The notes beneath the pieces are model-generated. The model had not been told where the DNA came from, did not search any database, and worked only from the letters and a program-made list of their open reading frames with translations. Below, piece by piece: positions 1 through 7,789 of a DNA stretch of 25,992 bases. A program made the translations under genes and the position numbers. The DNA comes from a virus (Duplodnaviria > Caudoviricetes): positions 1 through 25,992 of IMG/VR virus record IMGVR_UViG_3300020074_000107. One strand, written 5' to 3'. The stretch's first letter is position 1, and each line of letters begins with the position of its first letter.

Positions 1-99
1 AAGAAGCCACAAGGTGTTCGCCTTCCCGCAGGTAAGGCTTTATTTACAAAGAAATTTTACCCAGTTTCTGGCGCACTTGCAAAAGACCTCAAAGATTAA
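1..99 (+). CDS. 3' end of an upstream gene (partial; KKPQGVRLPAGKALFTKKFYPVSGALAKDLKD*)
   Basis: Frame 1 is open from base 1 to TAA at 97-99, and the next gene's RBS follows. Not in the ORF track. Confidence 0.6.
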   Translation, partial: KKPQGVRLPAGKALFTKKFYPVSGALAKDLKD

Positions 100-124
100 A
101 CTTAGATGGGATAGGTGGGTTGAA

Positions 125-322
125 ATGAAAAACAAACAAGCAGACAAGCTACGCGAAATCATCAAAAAGATTGAAAAATCAGCGAGAAAATTTGACCTTG
201 GAGCAGGTCACTTGGGTAACGGTGTCACGGTGTGGAACCGTGCAAGAGAAGTCGACGGAGACTACGAAAAAATCGCACACATCGGTCCAGATCGAAAAAT
301 TACATGGTGGATTAATATCTAA
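125..322 (+). CDS. Small protein: leader + N-terminal half of a 'DLGxGHLGNGxTVWNR..GDY..IAHI.PDR' module (probably truncated)
   Basis: ATG at 125 preceded by AGGTGG. The GTG start at 14 would overlap the upstream CDS. The motif is recalled from phage and conjugative-element polyvalent proteins. Confidence 0.75.
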   Translation: MKNKQADKLREIIKKIEKSARKFDLGAGHLGNGVTVWNRAREVDGDYEKIAHIGPDRKITWWINI

Positions 323-365
323 CAAATATAATAAAACATTAAGAACCTAAAAGTTGGATGAAAGA

Positions 366-1229
366 ATGAAGATTTCAAAAATTCTGAACTCAAAAATTCT
401 GAACGCAGGGTCAGTCGATTACGATGAATACATCAAAGCTCACCCTAAGTCTAAAAAACAGCGTAACGACCCTATTTTTAAAAGCGATAAACAAGAATCA
501 AAAGCGGCTCCTGCATCTGCGAAACCTGCATCCCCCTCTGCACCAGCGTGGCACAAAAAGAATCCTAACCTACATCCGACATCAGTAAAGGGTGTAGGGA
601 AAGCCTTGGATCTTTTGAACAAGCATAAAGGTGAGTGGGTTCCAACCATCGAAAAATCTTTAGCAGATTTCAAAAAAGGAAAAATCACAAGAGAACAGTT
701 CGCTGATGTGTGCGAAGATGAAAATTATCACTCGATTGCAGCCTTGCTTCGATCCGACAAGGATACTGATGTTCATGTAATTCACCACACAGAACAACTA
801 CTCCATGATAGAGATCCGATGGATTCCTACGATGGTGAAGTTAATGAAGCTAATAGTGCGAGTTATGAAGCAACAAGCGCAGCGGCAAAACATAAAAACC
901 ATAGTTCATACGACAAGCAGAGGCATCTAGGTGCGTTGAATTATTTACAGCACCACAATTTACTAGACAGCGATACAGGAAAACGTCTCCTAAGTTTAGT
1001 TGAAGCAGACACAAATGCGAGCCGCTTTCGTGGTGAACAAAGAGAATCTTACAGAGGTATTTACCAAAAAATGATGGAAAATTGGGAAAAACAGTTGAAG
1101 GAAGATAAGAAAGAGCTCTCCTATACATCGAAGACTCGTAGCCTTGAAGATAAGATGTTTGATTACAATGAAAGTTTGAAATCTAAAAAAATGTACGATG
1201 AACTCGGTAAGAAACTAGGTCTTGTCTAA
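366..1229 (+). CDS. Hypothetical Lys/Asp/His-rich modular phage protein
   Basis: Long ORF with codon usage like its neighbours and an Ala/Pro linker. ATG at 366 (alternative TTG at 354). Confidence 0.8.
   Translation: MKISKILNSKILNAGSVDYDEYIKAHPKSKKQRNDPIFKSDKQESKAAPASAKPASPSAPAWHKKNPNLHPTSVKGVGKALDLLNKHKGEWVPTIEKSLADFKKGKITREQFADVCEDENYHSIAALLRSDKDTDVHVIHHTEQLLHDRDPMDSYDGEVNEANSASYEATSAAAKHKNHSSYDKQRHLGALNYLQHHNLLDSDTGKRLLSLVEADTNASRFRGEQRESYRGIYQKMMENWEKQLKEDKKELSYTSKTRSLEDKMFDYNESLKSKKMYDELGKKLGLV
375..404 (+). repeat. Perfect 15-bp tandem duplication TCAAAAATTCTGAAC x2 (SKILN SKILN)
   Basis: Read directly: 375-389 is identical to 390-404. Confidence 0.95.
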
Positions 1230-1291
1230 AAGTAAGTTGACAGAAACCTAATTTTTACACATCGCATCGTTGTTTTTGTAAGGGAATTCTT

Positions 1292-1633
1292 ATGAAGGTC
1301 ATGGAAGATATCGAGCGGCTTGAAAAAAGAGCAGCCGCTAAAAATTACCTGAACATTCCATTTTCAAAAAAAGAGAAAGCAAAAGAACTTGGAGTCGGGA
1401 AAAAAGTCTACCTCGATGTGCCATTCAACAAAAAAGATGAAGCGAAAAAACACGGAGCGAGATGGGACTCGATCGTGAAAAAATGGTATTGGGGTGGAGG
1501 CGAAGAAAACCTTCCAAAAGAATTAAAGGCATTTCACCCTAAACATTTAAGAGAAAGACAAGAAGCTGAGATCGATGCTTTAGAAGAGCGTATGTCTCAA
1601 GAATCTTTCATGTCCGGTGAACCGAATTGGTGA
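1292..1633 (+). CDS. DUF5710-like domain protein with leader peptide and an extra partial copy of the domain
   Basis: YLDVPFNKKDEAKKHGARWDSIVKKWY fits the DUF5710 pattern (YLxVPxxEKDEAKxxGARWD..KxWY). RBS AAGGGA upstream. Confidence 0.8.
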   Translation: MKVMEDIERLEKRAAAKNYLNIPFSKKEKAKELGVGKKVYLDVPFNKKDEAKKHGARWDSIVKKWYWGGGEENLPKELKAFHPKHLRERQEAEIDALEERMSQESFMSGEPNW

Positions 1634-1643
1634 GAGGTAATAC

Positions 1644-2369
1644 ATGAGCATCTTAGAGACCATCGAAGGTTTAGAAAAAAGAGCCGCTGAAAACGAACCC
1701 ACTAATCCAAAACTTTGGGCAAAGGTTCAGAAACTTACCAAAGGGGAAGTCGGATCTATCACACACAATGGAAAAACGGTCGATGGTCCGAACGATGGTA
1801 AAGGATTTAAAAAGTTTCCTAGCGCCTACGCTAACGGGTGGGCAGCGAAGATTTACAAAGACCTCGGTGGTGGTTGGAAAAAGAAATCTCATTTGAAAAC
1901 CGCAGGTGGCTCAACTTTCATGACCGTGGCTCACGGTTCAAACGCAAAAGATGCGTTCAAAAAAGCCCAACAGGATGCGATCTCCGAATACGAGATGGAC
2001 ACAGGTGAAAATTACGAGGGTTACTCTGGGTCTATCGCTGAAAAAAACCGCTTCATCATGATCGAAGTCCCTGAAGGAAAAGACCCTAAAAAATACGCAA
2101 ATGAATTGCTAGATGAAGATGACAAGCGTATCTCAGATAAATGGGGTCCCGCAGGTTGCATCAATCCACCAAAAGAAGTGATTAAATACGTTGAGAGTAT
2201 AGCTAAAGGTCCAAATTTTAACGTGAGCACAACTCAAGACGCGAAGGTTTTTGATAAAGAAGCTGCCGGACTCAAGTCTGAAAAATGGCTTGACCATAAA
2301 TTTGAAAGTTCTTCGACGCAAACTCCTGAATTTAAAGGAGTGAATAATGAAATCAAAGCAGTAGGGTGA
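1644..2369 (+). CDS. Multi-module phage protein (leader + PTNPKLW..PSAYANGW module + GYSGSIAEK..DKWGPAGCI module + two module fragments)
   Basis: RBS GAGGT. Several short motifs recalled from standalone small phage proteins, separated by K-x-A linkers. Confidence 0.8.
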   Translation: MSILETIEGLEKRAAENEPTNPKLWAKVQKLTKGEVGSITHNGKTVDGPNDGKGFKKFPSAYANGWAAKIYKDLGGGWKKKSHLKTAGGSTFMTVAHGSNAKDAFKKAQQDAISEYEMDTGENYEGYSGSIAEKNRFIMIEVPEGKDPKKYANELLDEDDKRISDKWGPAGCINPPKEVIKYVESIAKGPNFNVSTTQDAKVFDKEAAGLKSEKWLDHKFESSSTQTPEFKGVNNEIKAVG

Positions 2370-2436
2370 ATACTTTACTGCTTTTTTTTGCTTTGAGTAT
2401 GGCTGATTAGCCAGTTTATTTCACAAGGAAGTGGAA

Positions 2437-3627
2437 ATGAAAAAGTTAGTTGCTTTGTTATCCTTATGTTCACTCTCGGCTTTAGCTTCACCAAAATCGC
2501 GTTTCATCGTTACAGTTCCAGAAGGAAAAGTGACTGAAAAAATAGCACAGGTAAACTCAACTCTGGTCACCGAATCTGATGAAATTAAACCTGAAAAAGT
2601 TTTACCTTCTATTGATGCTTTTGTAGCAGAATTGTCGCCATCTCAAATTGAGGCTCTCCGTAAATCAGGAGCCAAGATTACCCCTGATCGTGAAAGACAC
2701 GTTCTCGGTTTTCCTGACAACCCCTTTTTTGATTTGGAAAGAAATCTTGATTTTACTTACGGTCTCGAAAACATTGGTGTGATCGAATTACGATCAGCTT
2801 ATCCAGAAATTTTGGGTGAAAAGGTAGTCGTCGGGATTATTGACTCAGGTATCGACCCTAACCACCCAGCCTTCGCTGGAAAAGAAATCGTTTTTAAAGA
2901 TTTTACTGCGAGTAAAAAAACTCAACCCTATGATGACAACGGTCACGGTACACACGTTGCAGGGACTATTTCTGGAATCGGCTTACCGAATTTTGGAATT
3001 GCACCAAAAGTGAAATTAGTAATCGCGAAGGTTTTCTCAGCGAGTGGAAGGGCAAACGATTCAACAATTTTGGCTGCGATGGAATGGGTTCAAACGCAAG
3101 GTGTGAGTGTGGTTAATAACTCGTGGGGTGGAGATCAGGATAGTACGAATCCTGATGAACCCTATAACCAAATGGTCAAATCTTGGCTGTCAAAGAACAT
3201 TTTTCCGAGTTTTGCAGCAGGTAACAGCGGACCTAAAGAGGGTACTGTGGGAATTCCAGGAGGGTATGTTGAATCTTTTGCAGTTGGGGCTGTGGATGAC
3301 AAAGATAAACTCTCAGCATTCAGCAGCAAAGGTCCTATTGTTTGGAACGGTAAAAAGTATGAAAAACCTGAAATCTGCGCTCCGGGATCACGTGTGTACA
3401 GTAGTGTCCCAAATGGTAAATACTCATACTTCAGCGGTACTAGCATGGCGACACCGCATGTGACCGGAGTCGTAGCCCTTCTCAAACAAGCGAACCCAAA
3501 AATTACCGTTTCGGAAATCCGAGAGGTGCTACAAGAAAGCGCGAAAAACATCGAACTAAAAACTAACGAATGTGGCTCAGGGCGACTTGATGCAAAGGCT
3601 GCGGTTGATAAGGTTCTCGGAAAGTGA
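2437..3627 (+). CDS. Subtilisin-like S8 serine protease with signal peptide and I9-type propeptide
   Basis: Catalytic motifs IIDSG (Asp), HGTHVAG (His), AAGNSG (oxyanion Asn) and SGTSMATPHV (Ser). N-terminus MKKLVALLSLCSLSALA. RBS AAGGAAG. Confidence 0.95.
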   Translation: MKKLVALLSLCSLSALASPKSRFIVTVPEGKVTEKIAQVNSTLVTESDEIKPEKVLPSIDAFVAELSPSQIEALRKSGAKITPDRERHVLGFPDNPFFDLERNLDFTYGLENIGVIELRSAYPEILGEKVVVGIIDSGIDPNHPAFAGKEIVFKDFTASKKTQPYDDNGHGTHVAGTISGIGLPNFGIAPKVKLVIAKVFSASGRANDSTILAAMEWVQTQGVSVVNNSWGGDQDSTNPDEPYNQMVKSWLSKNIFPSFAAGNSGPKEGTVGIPGGYVESFAVGAVDDKDKLSAFSSKGPIVWNGKKYEKPEICAPGSRVYSSVPNGKYSYFSGTSMATPHVTGVVALLKQANPKITVSEIREVLQESAKNIELKTNECGSGRLDAKAAVDKVLGK

Positions 3628-3823
3628 TTGGGAAATCAATCACATTTTGCTTATCTCTAGGGCACTTTTCTGACTGATAAAATGCGCACCTGATGCATTT
3701 AGGTCCGAGTGGATCTTTCGCAAGCGGGCAACTCAACTGTTTAGTCACGTTGAGTGCTCGCTTTTTCAATAGCGATATTACCATAACAGTCCCAACCAAT
3801 TTGATTTTGACGCCATAGTACAT
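3563..3823 (-). CDS. Possible small Cys-rich protein (C-x10-CxxC-x7-C)
   Basis: Fills the gap at the end of the minus-strand operon and has four clustered Cys. It overlaps the protease 3' end by 65 nt and the start is uncertain. Confidence 0.4.
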   Translation of the reverse strand: MYYGVKIKLVGTVMVISLLKKRALNVTKQLSCPLAKDPLGPKCIRCAFYQSEKCPRDKQNVIDFPITFREPYQPQPLHQVALSHIR

Positions 3824-3853
3824 GTTTTAGCCGACCGGTCAAGAAGCCGAGAT

Positions 3854-4147
3854 TCACAGGTAATACCTCGTTATAGCATCTTTTTTACCGAATCTTAGCT
3901 CTTTCTGGCTTTTCAACTTCAACTCACGGCAGACTTGAGCCAACAACTTTCCCATCTCTTGTCCTGCGATTGAGTTGTTCTTTTCATACAATTTGTAAAA
4001 AGGTTCGTACTCTCCGCTCCAATCTTTACCCAACAAATCTGACATGATGAATGAACCTATGATTTTTTTACGTTGAATTTCAATTACTTGAAGTTTTAAA
4101 GAGTTTTTCGTCAATTTTCGAACTGTATCTCTCTCGACTAAAATCAT
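3854..4147 (-). CDS. Hypothetical basic protein (97 aa)
   Basis: A strong RBS (GGAGGTG) precedes ATG at 4147, favouring it over the 4216 start. Confidence 0.7.
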   Translation of the reverse strand: MILVERDTVRKLTKNSLKLQVIEIQRKKIIGSFIMSDLLGKDWSGEYEPFYKLYEKNNSIAGQEMGKLLAQVCRELKLKSQKELRFGKKDAITRYYL

Positions 4148-4276
4148 AACGCACCTCCGATGAAGAGGGGTATACTTTTTGATTGGAAAAATGCAACTGT
4201 ATTCACACAGTGGCATGAATTTAATCTAAAAAAATAAAATATTTCAGTATCTTATATTCCGACGTTGCCCGCTACA

Positions 4277-6466
4277 TCAATTCAGATAGCTGAGTCTGAA
4301 AGATAAACAGCCTCCTATCTTTCGGTTGTTTTGATAAAGATTACCGAAAGCAAACGAGTGATTGACGTAGTACACGGTGAGAGCGTTGCCCTGATTTGCA
4401 TCTGGACTAAATATCTTGATTTTATATCTTTGATTTTTGGAATCAGGAATTGGTTCGAAGGTAAATTCATTCCAATCGTTGTCATTTACGAATGTTGAAT
4501 CAAGGAAAGCTGTTCGGATGATCGCGCCCTGAGAGTTTTCGACTTGCAACGATAAACGGCATACGTTTTTTCTTCTAAAAGTTCCTATGAATAGTTCAAT
4601 TTTAGCTAAATTAGAGCGGTCGCAAATAATTTCTTGGATGATGATCTTACTTCCAAAAATTTCACCTAACTGGTGGGTATGAAAATTTTGGCACATTCCA
4701 AGAAGATACATATCGGTAGCGTAAACAGTTTGCACCCACCAATCATAAATTCTAACCCCTTGATGGGTGATTTTGTGTAAACCTTGAAATGATGCCTTAA
4801 AAATGAAGTTGTTAGATTTTTGTTTTACGAGAACTCCATTAACGTGCCAGTCACCGAGATCATCAGTTACCAATTCGACCGACTCATTTTGAAGAATTTG
4901 TAAATTTTTCGCTGAATGAGATTGGTTTACCTTGTTCACCTGAGGTTCTATTTTTTCGTTTTCTTTATAAAACGTGCTGATCGTGCTTTGATTCCAGTAA
5001 CCGGTAGTGGTGACTACTGAAGGGAATATACCCTTCCATTTTTCGTGAACTTTTTTGAACTCACGCCAATATATGTCTTTACCTTTGGCTATTGAAGATG
5101 ACCCATTGCTGTGGTGCGTTGCGGGTGCATCGATTACGTAATTTCGATAGCCTTTATTTTTAGATTGAAGACTGAGATCAACACCGTAGAAATGGAAGTG
5201 GGTGAGTTTTTTTTCATCAAAAAAAATACCACTGCTTTTTTTTGTGATGATACAAAGCTCATCGATTACATCGACTTCACCTGAGGGCATTTGACCGTAC
5301 GTGGACAATTTCCCTTTTTCAGGAGTTTTTACAGAACCGATGACGTTTATATGAAGTTTACCATCATCGATGGCGATTGAATTATTTTTCTGGTCTACTA
5401 TTTTTATACCCGCTAAACCTGCGACTCCAAGTTTAGGGCATTTTTTTAATTCAAGGAAAACTTTATCTATCCAATTCGCGGAATACTCAACATCTTGGTG
5501 GGTAAAAACAAGCCATTCTGTTCTCGCTTGAATTAAACCTTGATTAAGAGCTTGCGATGCACTGTATTTTCCTGAAAAATTATAAATAGGGATGATATCG
5601 TATCTGTTTTTGTCGGAGTAAATAGATTTCAAGAGAAAATTATTAAGTTGTATGAAATCGTTTACGCATACTATAAACGTGATATCTTTTACTAAATTTT
5701 CAAGTTTATATTTTCTGCGGCTAACTTCAGCACAATCTGGTGTGAATAACTTGATCCAACGGGTATGGAATTTTGCAAGATTATTTTTTAAATTAGGGTT
5801 TGCTTTACTAGCATTTTCGATATGAATCCCTGTGCAGTTTGGGCTGACTATGTTTTTTTTATTTAAGTGGAAGTGAATTTTCAAACAAAAATCCACATCT
5901 TCGTAAGCCCACTCATAAATAGGGTCAAAACCTTGCACGGCATCAAAATCTTGTTTACCTACGAGCAAACAGGCAGCTGTGACAGCTTTGTGCTCCCAAA
6001 TATCAGTCAACATGATATTGTGAAGTTTGAGATTTTTTATTGTTTGGTCGCTGATATTTACAGGGTCTTGGCTAGGTGCGCACAAAATCCCAGCGTGTTG
6101 CAATTCTCCTGATGGGTATCTTAGGGTGGCACCAACGCACCCAACTGATTCATCTTTAATTAAGTTACGCATATTTTCGATAGTTTTTTGGTCTAAGTAA
6201 CAATCATTATTTAAAAATAGAAGAAGGTCTCCTTTTGCAAATGAGACCATTTCATTATTCATCACTGAAAAGTTAGAATCATTTTTTCTGTGGTGAATCC
6301 GAATACGGGTATCTTGTAGGCTGTCCAACCATTCTTTTGATCCATCAGTCGATTCATTTTCTCTGATGAGTATTTCAAAATCTTGGTCGCTTGAATTAAG
6401 CAAAGATTTTATGCAATTAACAAGATGTTCTTTACCGTTTCTATTGAGTATTATTACGCTGATCAT
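4277..6466 (-). CDS. Multi-domain glycosyltransferase: two GT-A (GT2-like) domains plus a C-terminal beta-rich domain
   Basis: Domain 1: ISVIILNRN, LFLNND, TAACLL, YEDVDFCL. Domain 2: ITFIVCVN, ALNQGL, FTHQDV, FHFYGVDLSL. The C-terminal region (DNDWNEFTFEPIPDSK..Y) resembles carbohydrate-binding-like modules seen on GT2 proteins. Confidence 0.9.
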   Translation of the reverse strand: MISVIILNRNGKEHLVNCIKSLLNSSDQDFEILIRENESTDGSKEWLDSLQDTRIRIHHRKNDSNFSVMNNEMVSFAKGDLLLFLNNDCYLDQKTIENMRNLIKDESVGCVGATLRYPSGELQHAGILCAPSQDPVNISDQTIKNLKLHNIMLTDIWEHKAVTAACLLVGKQDFDAVQGFDPIYEWAYEDVDFCLKIHFHLNKKNIVSPNCTGIHIENASKANPNLKNNLAKFHTRWIKLFTPDCAEVSRRKYKLENLVKDITFIVCVNDFIQLNNFLLKSIYSDKNRYDIIPIYNFSGKYSASQALNQGLIQARTEWLVFTHQDVEYSANWIDKVFLELKKCPKLGVAGLAGIKIVDQKNNSIAIDDGKLHINVIGSVKTPEKGKLSTYGQMPSGEVDVIDELCIITKKSSGIFFDEKKLTHFHFYGVDLSLQSKNKGYRNYVIDAPATHHSNGSSSIAKGKDIYWREFKKVHEKWKGIFPSVVTTTGYWNQSTISTFYKENEKIEPQVNKVNQSHSAKNLQILQNESVELVTDDLGDWHVNGVLVKQKSNNFIFKASFQGLHKITHQGVRIYDWWVQTVYATDMYLLGMCQNFHTHQLGEIFGSKIIIQEIICDRSNLAKIELFIGTFRRKNVCRLSLQVENSQGAIIRTAFLDSTFVNDNDWNEFTFEPIPDSKNQRYKIKIFSPDANQGNALTVYYVNHSFAFGNLYQNNRKIGGCLSFRLSYLN

Positions 6467-7022
6467 TTCTTATCTTTTTTAGTTGGTCTAGCATCTTAAA
6501 AAAGATAGATGTGGTCGTATTTACATCAGCCTCAGCGGTATGTGCTGCTAGATTTTCTACCCCATAAACTTTTGCAAGAGCCACAAGGTTAAATTTGTCG
6601 GTCTGGATAATACCAGCTTCCCTCAAGATGAAAGCAATTTGAGAAGTATCTAAGATGTGATAATTCCACATCTTAGACCACCCTTTATAACCGTAATGTT
6701 CGGTGAAAGAATCTATGAAATCTAAGTCAAATTTCAAATTTTGACCTACGAGAGTTGGATTATACCTCTGATAAACCACAGTCGACCAACGGATGAAATT
6801 TTCTATTTCATCTTTATTGTTACATGGGTTTCTGCGTTGCATAATATTGTTGATTGCTAAAGCCTTACAATCCATAGGGAGGTACGGATCATATGTAGCA
6901 TGGTAATGATCTCTTGAATTACCATCTTCATCATAAACAGTGGCGGCGATCTCTAAAACTGGATTCTCTTTAGGGTTTAGTCCCCCTGTTTCAGTATCAA
7001 GAATCAGATAGAATTTTTTCAT
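6441..7022 (-). CDS. DEDDh (DnaQ-like) 3'-5' exonuclease
   Basis: ExoI ILDTETGG, ExoII GQNLKFDLDF, ExoIII HTAEAD. ATG at 7022. Confidence 0.92.
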   Translation of the reverse strand: MKKFYLILDTETGGLNPKENPVLEIAATVYDEDGNSRDHYHATYDPYLPMDCKALAINNIMQRRNPCNNKDEIENFIRWSTVVYQRYNPTLVGQNLKFDLDFIDSFTEHYGYKGWSKMWNYHILDTSQIAFILREAGIIQTDKFNLVALAKVYGVENLAAHTAEADVNTTTSIFFKMLDQLKKIRNDQRNNTQ

Positions 7023-7455
7023 TTTTTTTGCTCGCAAGTTGGATGATCCAAACCAACAATTCTGAAAAAAGAGCAGAACCGTTTAGAGTAAAGTCCAACA
7101 TGCTCCAATCAAAATTTTGATCGCTTGTGTTAATGACACGCGGTAGTGATATTTTCTCAACAACAGTGCTTTCGTACAGTTTGAAGACAGTTTCACCATT
7201 AGGTCTGATTTCAAGAACATTCGGTGAGTATTTATCTCTGATATCCCCTGAAACATCTTTGATGAAAATAGGATGCCCTACTCTATACAAAGCGTGGGAC
7301 ACAAATTTGAAAGTGTGCCCTATCTTGAAAGGGTATTCAGAATCAGATGCAGGATTGATTTTTACAATCAATCCATTCTCTAATTTATAGGCTTCCCAAG
7401 GAATCATGTGCGACATGTTGTATTTGTCGTACATGTCATAAAGGTTAAATATCAT
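6997..7455 (-). CDS. Hypothetical protein
   Basis: ATGA-type overlap with the upstream gene and overlap with the exonuclease start, consistent with an operon. Confidence 0.7.
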   Translation of the reverse strand: MIFNLYDMYDKYNMSHMIPWEAYKLENGLIVKINPASDSEYPFKIGHTFKFVSHALYRVGHPIFIKDVSGDIRDKYSPNVLEIRPNGETVFKLYESTVVEKISLPRVINTSDQNFDWSMLDFTLNGSALFSELLVWIIQLASKKNEKILSDS

Positions 7456-7733
7456 CTAATGATACCTGATGGTGGAGTGATAATTCCTGTATCTTTTTCG
7501 AGCCAAAACTTAGTATATGAATCCTTCATAGTTTCTTTCAAATCAGACTCAAGAGTCACCTTGCTTCGTAGAACTTTGATTGTTTTTTCAAACAAAGGGT
7601 GTAGACCAAGACCAAACTGCCCACCTTGATTCGGTATAGCCATCAAAGGTTTTGACAAAATTACATAGTCTTCTTCATAAGTTGCATCAGCCAAAAAAAT
7701 ACCTACACCATCAATAACAAAAGTTTTTATCAT
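7452..7733 (-). CDS. Small beta-rich phage protein (possibly Sm-like fold)
   Basis: Strong RBS GGAGGA. Pattern L.KP...P plus a C-terminal 'Y......TGIITP' is recalled from small myovirus proteins. The fold is tentative. Confidence 0.7.
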   Translation of the reverse strand: MIKTFVIDGVGIFLADATYEEDYVILSKPLMAIPNQGGQFGLGLHPLFEKTIKVLRSKVTLESDLKETMKDSYTKFWLEKDTGIITPPSGIIR

Positions 7734-7789
7734 TACTATCCTCCGCCGAAATTATTTTATCGCGCTAATAATCTATTGTCTACAGTAGT

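Noticed and set aside
14-124. GTG-start extension of the first ORF
   Set aside because: It overlaps the upstream frame-1 CDS, and ATG 125 has its own RBS.
1237-1265. TTGACA as a sigma70 -35 box
   Set aside because: No acceptable -10 hexamer at 16-18 bp spacing.
317-2165. Self-contained excisable circular element or intron
   Set aside because: No recombinase, homing nuclease or structured intron core is visible. Circularising at the junctions gives GPAGCINI*, which does not restore a longer gene.
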